A stretch of 64,000 nucleotides of DNA from Blastocystis sp. Blastoise (lineage: Eukaryota; Protista; Bigyra: Opalinata): positions 558,001-622,000 of the forward strand of contig JBBPEB010000032.1 of the NCBI GenBank assembly GCA_039096225.1, given 5' to 3'. A program made the position numbers and the translations under genes. This document shows positions 1-13,700 of this stretch, piece by piece; position 1 is the first letter of the stretch; every line of letters begins with the position of its first letter. The notes under the pieces were generated by a model. The model was not told the DNA's origin, made no database searches, and saw nothing but the letters and a program-made list of their open reading frames with translations.

Positions 1-147
1 TTATATATATATATATTATATATATTATTATTAATTAACATATATATAATTCAATTAAATATTCTATTATAATATAATATAAATTCAATTCTATGCTATT
101 TATGTTTATATTAATAATAATAATATATATATATTATATTTATATAG

Positions 148-1527
148 CTTATTTCTTTGAAGATATTCCTCAAGAATATATATACCCAACTGAAATATTA
201 GATATATTCCCCAAATTAGAAGACTACTGGATATCATGTATATATATATATATATTCATTATTATTATATCTCAGTTGGTATAATTAGTATTATTTGAAA
301 AATAGTTTTTAGAATATATCTCATATATTATGGTTATATTTATTATTGATTTTGTTGTTGTTTTAAATAACTATATAACTATATAACTATATAATATATA
401 ATATAATAATAATAATATGATAATAATAATATATATATTAGTATCCTTCTTATATGAAAAGACGTGTATTCAAATAACTCCATCGGATCCTCATTATAAT
501 TCATTATATAAAGAGTATAAGCGACAGTATTATAAGAAGAATTACCCACGATCGTATGTGAACTTTATTGAACTAAATGATGCATATCAACGTAATCATT
601 TAAAGCCAAATCATGTTAGTTTAGATATAAACGTAAGTTATAATAATGATAATGATGATACAGATAGTGATTATGATGATTGTCTTGTTAGAAACTTACC
701 CGTAGCTGCTAATGATCATATAACTATTGATATTGACAAAGAAATTGAGAATGAAAAACATAAACCTGTTTTATATATCCCCGAGATTTCAAATTATTCC
801 CGTAATTATAGTGAACTTAGTTTCCTATTCCTTCGAACGAAAGAGAGAAACGATCCAGCGTGTCTTTCAAGCTGTATTTTTAACATATACTTCACAGGAT
901 TTGATAAAGGTATTCCTTATTGTATTATTATTATTATTCATATTTTTTTTACACTTATTTTAATATATAATTTATAATAATAATTGTTTTTTAAATAGTT
1001 ATATAAATATTTTTATTGCTTATTATACTTTATTGACTGACTATATATGTATATATATAATCATTGATATATATAGTGAGAAATATTTCACATCCTATTT
1101 TTAAGTATATATAATTGTGTTATTTACGCATATATATATATATATATATATAGACAGGTTCAAGGAGAAGATTATGAAGTATTAAAATATATATTACAGA
1201 TACCTGTATGTAAACAACTAAGATTAGCTAGTGGCTTATGTATATATATATATCTATTGTTATTATTAATAGTGTATTATTGACTATATATATATATGTT
1301 GTATTGTTGACTATATATATATATATATATTATTTATTAAATACTATCAATGAATATATATATATAGATAATCCTCCCTTACGTTTACAAGTACATACAC
1401 CAAGTATATTAAGAGCTTTAAATGAAGGCCTATTAGACTCTATTCAATATATATGCATACTCAACTGTATATAAATATTATTATTATTATTATTATGATA
1501 ATTATAATAATAATAATTATTATTCAT

Positions 1528-1562
<35 letters not shown>

Positions 1563-4500
1563 TATTCAGTATGGTGCATATCCTGAGCATATAGAATTCT
1601 TTAAGAACATACTAACTACACATGTATTTCCTAATGTTACTACTCTTATTATTACAGGTATATATATAAAAGAATATATATAAGAGTATATAAATATATA
1701 TATAGAATATGTATAAGAATATATATAAAAAAGATTATATAAATAAGAGTATATATATATATGTATATATATATATAGGACATGGTTATGATGATACAAA
1801 TCTTTTATTTCAAACATCATTTCTTCCTTATATAACAAGAAAGAATTTTCCTCAATTACATATATATGATTTACGTGATTATATTTATAATACTGATAAT
1901 GATGTAATGGAATACTTATCAACTGATATTTTTCAAGAATCATTTCTGCAATTAATTGATTCTATTGAAATCACAGATAACGAATATACTATTTCGAAAC
2001 TTTATTTTCCAGATTCTATATTTGAAAAATTAGTTAATATTAACAAACAACATAAAATTGTTATTTATTGTATATATATAAATTATTTTCTTTATATATT
2101 ATGCTACATATAGTATTACATATATTTATTTATAATTAGTTATTAGAGTATATATATATATATATATATATATTATTTATATGAATTATATGCATATTTT
2201 TTGACATGTAATAATATAAAGTTATATATATATAAAGTATATATATCTATATATATATATATATATAGCTCCATTTGCTGTTAATCAGTATTATTCATTT
2301 ACTAAATCATTATTTGATTCAGGAGCTATGTATATCGAGAAATTAGCTTTTGAATGTATATATATATATTTTTATTTTATTTATTTTCATTATTTATAAA
2401 CTTTAAGTCTTTATTGTTTGTTTGTATGTTTTTATTTATTATTATTTATATTATTACATAATTATAATTATATATATATAGTTAAGCATATGATGCAGAT
2501 GGATACTGATTATTCGGACCTCAATCTAAGTATATGTAGTCCAAGGTGCCTTTATTTCTGTATATATATATCTTTTTATTCTATATATATATATTTTTAT
2601 TCTATTTATATTATTTCTATCCTCTTAAAATATTCTTTTATTATATATATATTATTTTTATACTATTCATATATTATTTTATTATATATATACATAGCTG
2701 ATTTTTCTGCATTAAAGCCAGTATTAACATATTATAAACTTATTAAAGGCATACAATGTGACCGATTAGAAGCACTATATTGTGACTGTATATATATAAT
2801 AATAGTAATTATTATTATTTTATCTCTATTAAAATATATTTAAATATTGTATATGATAAACAAATTATTATTAAATAAATATAGTAATAATATAAATAGT
2901 AATAATATATAATACTATATATATAATGACATATATATTGTCTCTTTTTTATATAGTTTATTATAAATCATGTGATAATTTCGCTTCTGTTTTAAGCGAT
3001 TATTTCAAATTTATGTGTTGTCATAAATATGATACTGTTACTTATTTAAATATAAGTATATTATAATAAATATAATAAATATTACTAAAATATATAAATA
3101 ATAATGAATATTAATAAATAATAATAAATAGAATAAATAATAATAAATAGAACAAACAAATAAAAATAATAAATTTAATAATAATAATATATATATAGGT
3201 TTGAAGGATGCCTTCGGAGATAGGGTTGTTCATCCCACAGAAGAGATATTAAACATACACTCTACGTGTATATATGATTTCATGAAATTATTTAGTAGTA
3301 AAGTCGAACATCTATCTCTTGATTGTATATATATATATTCTTATTATATCTTTTATTGTTATATAATCATTATAAATATTATATTCATAACTATACTAAT
3401 AATAATAATAATAATAATACAAATAAATATTATTATATATATAGTATCTTCAAATATTATTCAAACTTCTTCAACTTTAATGAAATGCCTCAAATTACCA
3501 CTTTGGAAAGGATTAAAACATCTTGAATTATCTACTAGTATATATATTATATATTATATATTATATATTATATTTTATATTTTATATTTTTATTTTTCAT
3601 AGAATATAATAAACATTCTATATATATATATTTATTTAGATAAAATCATTGATGAAATTGATTTATTTAAACTATTAGCTGCATTAATTACTTCTGAAAA
3701 ATTTTATCAACTTGAAACTCTTAAAGTTTCTTATGATGGTATATATATATATATCATTTAAATATTTACAATTAGAATAACTCTATATTCTATTTACAAT
3801 AGATATACATATATATTACACTTATATATATATAGGTGATAATTATGATCTAGAACCTCTTCTTCTATTTATGGATTTAATGAAATCGAATAATATTATG
3901 TCACTTTTACATTTGAATACATTTTATATATTTATTATGATTGGAAGTATAGAATTATTTTATGATTTTGTTCTATATCCTTATATATATACATATTATT
4001 TATTAAATTCTATGATAATTTGTTGTCTATTATTTTTATTCTATTATTATATATTCAATTGGTATAAGAATTCATTTGTTTTTTGCTAAATATAATCACT
4101 AATTCCTATTTATTTAGATGCAATGTCTAACATGCATAGTATTAAGAATATTATTCCTTCTTTTCCTTCTCTCTATTGTTGTATGAATAAAGAACAAAAA
4201 ATATTTCGAATGGATCCTTTTTTATATAGAATGAATCATTTTAAAGAATATTGTGATTATATATATGAATCATTATCCTGTTCCTATACAACACATATGA
4301 AGATTATTGAAATATGTATATATTCTTTTATTTACCTTTATTATATTTATTCATTTTTAGTATTTATTGTATTATTATTGATTAGAAATTATTTATCTTG
4401 TTATATATATGGATTATATATCTTATTATATATATATTATTATATATATTATAAACAATAAATTAATATATATATAATAATGTAGATGCTAAAGACAATG

Positions 4501-4828
4501 TTTTTATGATGAATATCGTTCATTTAATTTCTTCAGGTCATTTTATATGCTTAGAAGAAGTTATATTTCATGTAGATAGTATATTTATTTATATATTATT
4601 ATTATTATCTTATGTTTTCTCTGTATATATTATTATGCTGTAGAATATATTTATCTTTCTCTTATATAAATAAATATATATATATATATTTTTTTATCTA
4701 CTTTCTCTATCTTATTACACTATATAGAATCATTGAATTATTATCGTTATTTAACAACATTATATACTTATATGAAAAAAACTAAAAAACGATTTAGAAT
4801 ATTGATTAAAGATCTTGATGAAGCATAA
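148..4828 (+). CDS. LRR-like repeat protein, paralog of the gene at 39067-43012; 5' end lies upstream of the window; 18 exons visible
   Basis: GT-AG splicing joins exons from 148 into an open frame ending ...KDLDEA-TAA (4826-4828). Shares EYIYP..L.EIFPKLE, LYKEYKRQYY, HVFPNVTTL and ITR.NFP.LHIY with the minus-strand paralog. Exons end in LxxLxL-like motifs. Confidence 0.75.
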
Positions 4829-5235
4829 ATTTTTATTTTTTATTATGGTATTTAGTAATCTTTTCTTTGATATATATGAATTATATTTATTTGTGTTTTA
4901 ATTATTTGAAGAACTTGAATTATTTAATATTATTCATTTTGTTATGTATTAGAAGTGAATACTTTTATTTATATTATATGTGTTGATGTTTCATTTTTTA
5001 CTTTATATTGTTTTATTATAAAATGTATTCATTTCTAAAATAGTATACTGTTATGATAATATTATATCTAAGTTAATATTTGCCAGTATTGTGGATATTA
5101 TAAGAAAACTTTTACGTTAAAAAGTATTAGATTTTTAAGATTCCAAACAAAACATTTTAAATAAAATTAAGGGTTATAGTAAAATAAGAGATAGATGACA
5201 ATGTAATAAAAATAATGATATATATGTATATGTAT

Positions 5236-6834
5236 TTAGGCTCTTCCCCATACTTCATAATTATCTACGACAAACCAATTATAAGAATCACTACTGTCTG
5301 TATTTACAAATAAAGAATGTTTTTGAAATGTGCTTACTTCTTTATAAGAACTGGCAATACAGTATGAATTATTATTATAATGGCATCGATCTGTAATAGT
5401 GATATCACTTCCAAAACATGGACCCCTTTCTTTACTACAATATATTGCATTATCTTCATCAATATCACAGTATTTATATTTAGTAGGAGGAACACCATGT
5501 TCATTACTTAAAGTAAATATGAACTCGTCAGAATATGACTTATAACCTTCATGAGATTTATCCCAACTTTGATCTGTATATCCTCCAAATATATTAATAT
5601 GATTATTATGACCTATATGTTTAATAAGAGTTACTGTTTCTCCTTTATTATCACACATTTTGTGGAATGGTTTTGCTGAAAAATTATTAGCACTTGCTAT
5701 ATATAATAATTTCCATGATTTTTGTGGACCCAGCCATTTCATCAAAACATTTTCTTGTTCTTTCGTTATGATTTTAGTGCCACTAAATCGTTTATAAGGT
5801 GTCATTCCTGCTTGTGCTGCTTCTTTTCCTGTATCACCAAATAAACTATACATTTCTATGATAAGTATGTCTTTATCAATAGTACTTATCTTATTATCCG
5901 GTATTTCTAAATAACCATTAGTAACATATTGTAATATATATTTTTGATATTTATATTTAATATTTATATAAGATATATCTTTTGATGCATTATAAAGAAC
6001 TAATCCACTTTCATAATTCATTATATAACTTTCCCATTGATTTCTCTTCTTTAAATAATCTTTTATAGTTGTATTTTGAGCTCCATTCAGTAATAATACT
6101 ACATCATCACTTTTCTTATATAGTTTCATATTCTTTTTTTTCTTTTTTTCTCTACAAGTAATTAAATCTGGAGGTAGAGGAAGATTACAAAATTCAAATA
6201 ATTCAACAAATTCAAATTGTTCAGAATATTCTAATGTAGTGAAATCTACACGTTTACCATTTAAATAATCCATTAAATAATATGCACAACCATCATTTCC
6301 ATCATAACCAAGATATATAGTACCATCATTCGTTCTTAGTTCTTCAGATCGTTGCTCATCAATATAAGATCCCTTATACTTATCCAATACACTCTTTGCT
6401 ATCTTAAAAAGTGGACCATTATTAGTAAAACGAATTAAATCTGTATCTTCATCAATATTATATCTTTTATTGAAGTTATTGGCGTGATTGGTATTAAGTT
6501 GATGTTTCACATTTCCATCGCTGTCATCATCATCATAATCATCATAATCATCATTAAACAAACTTTGGAAAAAAATAGGGGCTTTCTTAGCTCTATCTTC
6601 ATCATTAACAGAAGGAGCACATTTTGACAAATCATCGCCATAACTTTCTCTTTCAATGCAATCATCGCCTATATGCTTAACAAGTCGAGTAATAGAAGTT
6701 CCAGAATGAACACCAAGGGTTAATACCGAAGAGAATACATTGACAACATCTTTCAATAATTCCTCATAAACAGTAATATCTTCTTTCAATCGATCAAATC
6801 GATCTGAATCAAACAATACTTTTTCTTTCACCAT
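5236..6834 (-). CDS. Intronless BTB/POZ-like + TLDc domain protein (532 aa)
   Basis: C-terminus has TLDc motifs (WKLLYIAS.NNFSAKPFHKMCDNKGETVTLIK, IFGGYT, FIFTL, GPCFGSDI, YEVW). The middle resembles a KCTD-type BTB (FKIAKSVLDKYKGS...YYLMDYL...LFEFCNLP). Confidence 0.85.
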   Translation of the reverse strand: MVKEKVLFDSDRFDRLKEDITVYEELLKDVVNVFSSVLTLGVHSGTSITRLVKHIGDDCIERESYGDDLSKCAPSVNDEDRAKKAPIFFQSLFNDDYDDYDDDDSDGNVKHQLNTNHANNFNKRYNIDEDTDLIRFTNNGPLFKIAKSVLDKYKGSYIDEQRSEELRTNDGTIYLGYDGNDGCAYYLMDYLNGKRVDFTTLEYSEQFEFVELFEFCNLPLPPDLITCREKKKKKNMKLYKKSDDVVLLLNGAQNTTIKDYLKKRNQWESYIMNYESGLVLYNASKDISYINIKYKYQKYILQYVTNGYLEIPDNKISTIDKDILIIEMYSLFGDTGKEAAQAGMTPYKRFSGTKIITKEQENVLMKWLGPQKSWKLLYIASANNFSAKPFHKMCDNKGETVTLIKHIGHNNHINIFGGYTDQSWDKSHEGYKSYSDEFIFTLSNEHGVPPTKYKYCDIDEDNAIYCSKERGPCFGSDITITDRCHYNNNSYCIASSYKEVSTFQKHSLFVNTDSSDSYNWFVVDNYEVWGRA

Positions 6835-7955
6835 TGTAAATACAAACTAGAAAAAGATAGATAGGACTATTGATCTACATTTTCTTTGTGGCAAACAAAT
6901 ATAATCATGATTATTTCAATAATTACAGAGGAAATTTCATTCTTGTTACAGAAATATTTTTGTGATACAAATGCAAACTAGTTTTGGTTTTGTTTTTATT
7001 CGAGTGAATATACCAATGGACAATTGTTATTTTGACATATTGATATAATGTGAATTATTTATATCTTTTTGAAATGATTTCCAATGATATTTAAAAGTGA
7101 ATCATCGTTGTTTATTTGTGTATGCATCTTATTTTGCATGAAAAAATATATGGATGAAGGTTTCTAAGAGTCCTATACATATACAAAAAGAGTACACAGG
7201 TTCTCAGGCGATGATATACCTTGTTTTGTTTATTCTACCAAAACTACATGATCCTTATGAATATCATATATCATAATTGAATGTAATAACACAAAGATAT
7301 GTGTTTCTATGAGAAATACTATAAAAAATTCATTGTTTAATTTGTCAATTTCTTTTTTTGTTATTATTAGTGTGTAAAATTATATTTGCTTATCCAAGAT
7401 ACATTCCAAAAAATCATATTATTTGAATAATAATGGAATACATGAAAAAGAGTAGAATCAAAATTTCACATGCAAATAATCATTATTTCTTTTTAACTCT
7501 ATATGCATATAATAACATATATACATCAGAGAAGGGGATAAGATTTAAAAATAGCAAGACTTTCCACAGTTCTTCATCGTTTTAACGTTTTGAATACAAA
7601 AAACAACATAACTTCCGTTTTTCTATGATATGAGAATACAAAAAAACATCTATTTGGATACAAAATAAAAAACAAGATGTATAATAAATAAAAATGAAGA
7701 TGATAATGTATATTCAAGGGAATAAATTTGAAATTATAAATAGATTGATCTTTAATTACGGGAAAAACTTCAATGAAAAATAGCAGAAAAATCAATTTCG
7801 AGTAAGCAAGATGTTTCAAAATTATGGCGTTTTTGATTCCAAAAGAAATCACTAAACGTTTTGAGCAACTTTTTTTTCTTTAATTAATATTTTTGTTTGT
7901 ACTTTGCTACATAGAATAATTAAAAGCGTCAATTAATTATTTTGATGGGTAGAGA

Positions 7956-9054
7956 ATGAGTAATACAACTCAGTTAGCTTCAAGTATTCACAATTTGGTA
8001 TCGTTGCCAACTATTTCTGAAGATACTAAACTGATTGGCCAGATTTCTCTTGTATGTTTATCTGTTGTAATTCTCTAGTATGTAGATTCTTGAGAAGTAT
8101 GGTGAAAAAGGTCATGTTTTGTTTATGAAATACTTGGTAGAAGATATTAACTTTTGCGATCCTGTTGTGCTTTCTCAGAAACGTGGAAAGGTATGTGGAG
8201 ATTATCTGTAATAATTATAGATGATTATTATTTATTTATAATGTATAGATTGGATTATTAAAACGAGAAATAGAGATTATCGCGAAGCTTCAAGTGTTTC
8301 CTAAATGGTTTGTGACTGTATGCTTCTAAAATTAACTTTATTGCTATTCATATAGGCTTTAGAAAGTGTCGATGAGTCCTATTTTCAACAATATGAGCCA
8401 CCAAAATCATTTCTAACATCTTTATTTAATGTATTAAAGTTGTCTCTTACAGCACAGATGTTTATTCCATATCATTTATGTAAATCAAAATCAGATTATT
8501 TAAAAACTGTATTTTTTAAAATTTAGTTTATTCTATATATGTTTATTATTATATAGGATTCTGTGAAATTTTTAATTAGTACTATTCCTGATTTATTTAA
8601 AAATGGAATAAATTTAAATAGAGACTTTATTAATACTCTTTATGTTACAATTGCACAAGAACCTGTATATAGATATATATATTTTTTAATTATTAATATA
8701 TATAGATATTTTTATTATTAATATATGTATAGATCTATTTTTATTAGTAATATACGTATAGATCTATTTTTTTAATTATTAATATATGAAATATCATTTA
8801 TAAATGAAATATCTCTTCTATATATATCTATATAGTTATTTCGTGAATTAGATTCTTCTATGTCGACCTTAAAGTATCTTATATCTCGTTATCCTGACTT
8901 AACTTCTCTGACCCCTGCTGAAAGAGACTCCTATGAACTGAAAAATAAGTATATATATATATATTTATGATTAATATTATGATTATTATTATTGCTTCTT
9001 TTTATATGTTTATAATATAATATATAGTATAAAAATTGTATATATTTTATTACT

Positions 9055-9098
<44 letters not shown>

Positions 9099-9463
9099 TC
9101 TATATATGAGATAAATCCTGTATCAGTTGCCGGTATTCTCCGTCGATGTGGGTATATATGTACTTCAAATACAAATGTATTCCGAAGTATTATCAAGAAA
9201 ATATTTAAAATCAATCGTATATATATATATATAATAGATTTTATTAATATTCTATGAATAATCTTATTTATTTTATATATTCATTATTTAAAATTGTATT
9301 TTTATATTTATATATATTATTTTTTAGTTTATTCTCTGGATAATTATATATATATATATAGGTCAGCCTTTTACTCCTTTGAATATGATGGAATGTATAT
9401 ATGTGATGGGAGAAACAAGAGTGAATTATGACCCTGAGGCTACTTATAAAGAGTATATATATA

Positions 9464-9527
<64 letters not shown>

Positions 9528-10578
9528 TATATTATATCTATATCTATATATTTATATACTATGTATATCTATCTATTTCCTATATATATATCTATATATC
9601 TTATATAGTTTTATGGAGGTGATGAAGGACGTTGAGGGATTCACATGTGCTCGTCAATTGGTTAGCCAATGGAATATTGATGTTCCTGTGAAAGTAATAG
9701 CTGAAGATTATAAAGATTTCAATTGGTTGGAGTTTATTCATTGTTTAGATACTGCTTGTATATGTATAAGTACAATTGATACATTTACATATATCGTGGA
9801 TATATATCATAAAGGAATAGGAATGAATGAATTCCCTTATGATTTTATTCTCTCTAAATGGAATAATAATAGTATATATATAATGCTAATATTTATTATA
9901 TGTATTCTATTTTAAAGTTATTTATAATTATTCTCTATTAATAATATAATATTATAATATATATATATATATAGAGGCTCAGATTTCCTTCTTAGAACAG
10001 AGTATATCAACGTTTTCACCTGATTTCTTCTCTTGGAATAAAACACCACATCAAACTGTATATATAGACTATTATATCTATAGTTATATTTATAGTTATA
10101 TATATATAATTATATAACTATATATTTATATAATTATATATCTATATATATATATATCTAGTTGGTTCCTCCATCATTTGCAGGGAATAATATATCGAAT
10201 AAATGGCTATCTATTGATTTAGTAGATACACTAATATATCTGTTAGATATAACGAATAGTAAACGTGTTCAAACAATTATTTCTTATCCTTTAAAATCAT
10301 GTCCTCAAATATTATATTTAAATTTCATTCAAACAAGTGTTACTTGGTCGATTGTACGTCAAAAGATGATACAAAGATTATTATTAATCTTATTAGGATT
10401 ATATCCTAATTTCCAACCTATATTTATTAATGCATTAGTAGAAAAGAATACTAAAGTATTTTATGATGGTATGATTCAACATTATTTAATAAATAAAAAT
10501 AATATTAATGATATATTTAAATATTGTAATTATATGGATGGACTTGTTGATAGTATATTACAGGTATATTTATTTAGT

Positions 10579-10637
<59 letters not shown>

Positions 10638-10671
10638 TTATTATTTATTTATTTATTATTATTTATTTATT

Positions 10672-10713
<42 letters not shown>

Positions 10714-13700
10714 TTTATTTATTTATTTATTTATTATAAATATATCAATATATCAATATAAATATATATCATTTTATATATAGGTGGATAATAATGATTT
10801 TACGTTATCATTAGCGTTAGTAGCATCTCATTCTTATAATCAAAGATCATTTATAATAACATTTTTAAATAAAAAATTAGAACAACAACAAAATAATTAT
10901 TTAAATTTCTTATGTAATTATTTAGTAACAAGTTTAGATGATTCTTATGATGGTTATTCTATTTCAGATATTATAATATTATGTAATTTCTTAGAAGAAA
11001 GTGTAGTAAAATTAAATAATTCAAAAGAATTAGAGATTTATGTAAGAAAAGTAAGAGAAATATTATATAATTATCCAGATATACGTAATTTTGAATCTCA
11101 ATTATTAGAAGCAGAAGGTAAAAATTTAATAAAATCATATTTTATAAAAGAATCCTCGTTAGAAGATATATTATTAAAGATAAAATCTTTATTAAATAGT
11201 CCTTATCCTAAAGATAGACGATTACATGGTACAATTATGAATATACTTTATGATGAGTTAGCTTATGTATTTCAATATACACCAAGTAATCTTATTATAT
11301 TATCTAAATTATTTGGTCAAATATTAAATCAAGGCTTATTAACCCAAGAAGAAAGTGGTAATGCAATACGTAAATTATGTGATATGTTATGTAATACAGA
11401 TGAAAGATCTATTGAATTTGTTGTTCGTTGCTTACGTGAATTTCAAAGACGTTTACCTGAATGGAGACCTTTTTATGATCATATTATTAATAGTGATATA
11501 TTAAAAGAGAAATATCCTGATTTTATTAAAGAATTAAGTGCTACTTATGATAGTCGATTTATTGTAAGTAATAATATATTAAGTATTAATGGTATACAAT
11601 CTATATCACAAACAGATATATATACAAATACAAATGAAATTAGTCCTATAGTAAATCCTGATGATGATATTATTCCTATACATTATTCTATATTATATCC
11701 ATTTCAAGAAACTATTTATGAAGAAGAACCCAGTTTATCTAAAGAAGATCGAAGAGAAGAAGCTGTTTTTGCTTTAAATAATTTAAGTCAAGAAGGATTA
11801 AAAGATACAATAAAGAAAATAACATCTTTAATGCGTACAGATCAATTTAAACAATGGTTAGCATGGTATATAATAAATAATCGAAGAACATCTCAAACAA
11901 CAATGCATATGTTATATTTTAATTTTATTATAGCTTTAAAAGATGAATCTTTTCATACATTAATCTATAAGAAAACAATACAATTTTGTCGTGCTGCTTT
12001 ATCTTCTCCTACATTAACTACCCAACAAAATGAACGAAATGCTATACGTACATTAGGTAATTGGCTTAGTTTAATTACTATATTACAAAATGAACCTTTA
12101 TATATAAAAGATATAGATTTAAAAGGTATATTATTAGATGGTTGTAAGAGAGGTCGATTAATAGGTGTATTTCCATTTGTTATAGAGATTATTAAACAAT
12201 GTGTGAATCATCCTATATTACGTCCTACACAACCTTGGTTATTAGGATTATTAAGTTGTATTAAACAAATATGTTCATTACCTAGTATTAAAAGTAGTTT
12301 ATTTATTAATATTGATATTTTAATGAATGCATTTAATATGAAAGCAAATGATATTCCTTTAATTCCTTGTGAATTAAATGATTATTTACCAACTGTTGAA
12401 AATAATCTTGATTTTAAAGATGGTATTAATCCTATAGCTACTTCAGAATCTACTACTACTACTGGTAGTAATAATAATAAGATGAATAATAATAATGATA
12501 ATAATAATAATAATATAATGAATACTTCTTCTACTCTTACTCCAAAAACTAGTAATAATTCATCTTCTACGTTATCTACTCCTCTTTCTTCTTATGCTAA
12601 TAATACTAATAATAATAATACTAATAATAATACTTTATTAAATACTTCAATGAATCTTTTATCTTCTCCTTTATCTATACAATCAAATACTTATAGTCCT
12701 AATATTATACCCAATATGAGTCCTATTCATGAAGATATGAAAGTATATGCTAGTGCACCTGAGTTTATACCTCAAAGTAGTCCCTTACCCAGTCCTATGA
12801 CAACACCTTTACAATCTACATTAAAAGAAATGAAAACTACTTCTATTCGTGATAATATTATATATGAACAAGGAAAGAAACTTATATTACCTGATGATTT
12901 ACCTGTACATAGAGATAATACTATTACAAATCATATAAAAGAATTATGTTTTAAATCTTTAAGTATTTCTGCAAATGAAATTATTATAGAATATACTAAA
13001 GAATATATTGAAATTGTATGTACTACTGTATGTGAATTAATACATAAAGATTTTTGTGGTGAAGGAGATGTTCGAAAATTATTAAAATCTGCTCAAAATT
13101 TAGTTCAATTATTTTTAACTGGTTTTATATATAGTTTAGATTATAATGAATTACAAACAAGATTTGAAAAGAAAATAGAAGAATATATACGTAAATCACA
13201 TATAGTATATAAGGATGAAATTATAATAGATATGGCAAATAAATGTTCAAAGATTAATATAGATTATATATATTTACAAATAAAAACAACAATAATTCCT
13301 ACTGCTTTATTAAAAATAGAACAATTATTAGATAATGATATACGTTGTAGAGTAAATTATCAGAGTCAGACAAAAGGAACTTTATTATATAATGATTCAA
13401 TTCGTATTCATTCAAATACATTAACACAATTATCCTATATGAAATCTATACCAAAATGTATTGTTATTAATAAGAATGGTTTAACTGATTCTCAATTATC
13501 TATATATTCACCTAATATTCTATTCCCTGAACGTCAACGTTATTGTGATATACATAATAATATGTCTGAATCTGAACTGAATTCATCTGAAGAAGTTCTT
13601 TCTAAAGATATTATTATTTCAAAAATAACGAATGGTTTAGAATATATGTTTACTGAAGGTAATTTATTAAAGTATAAACAATGTGATAGTAGTATATTAC

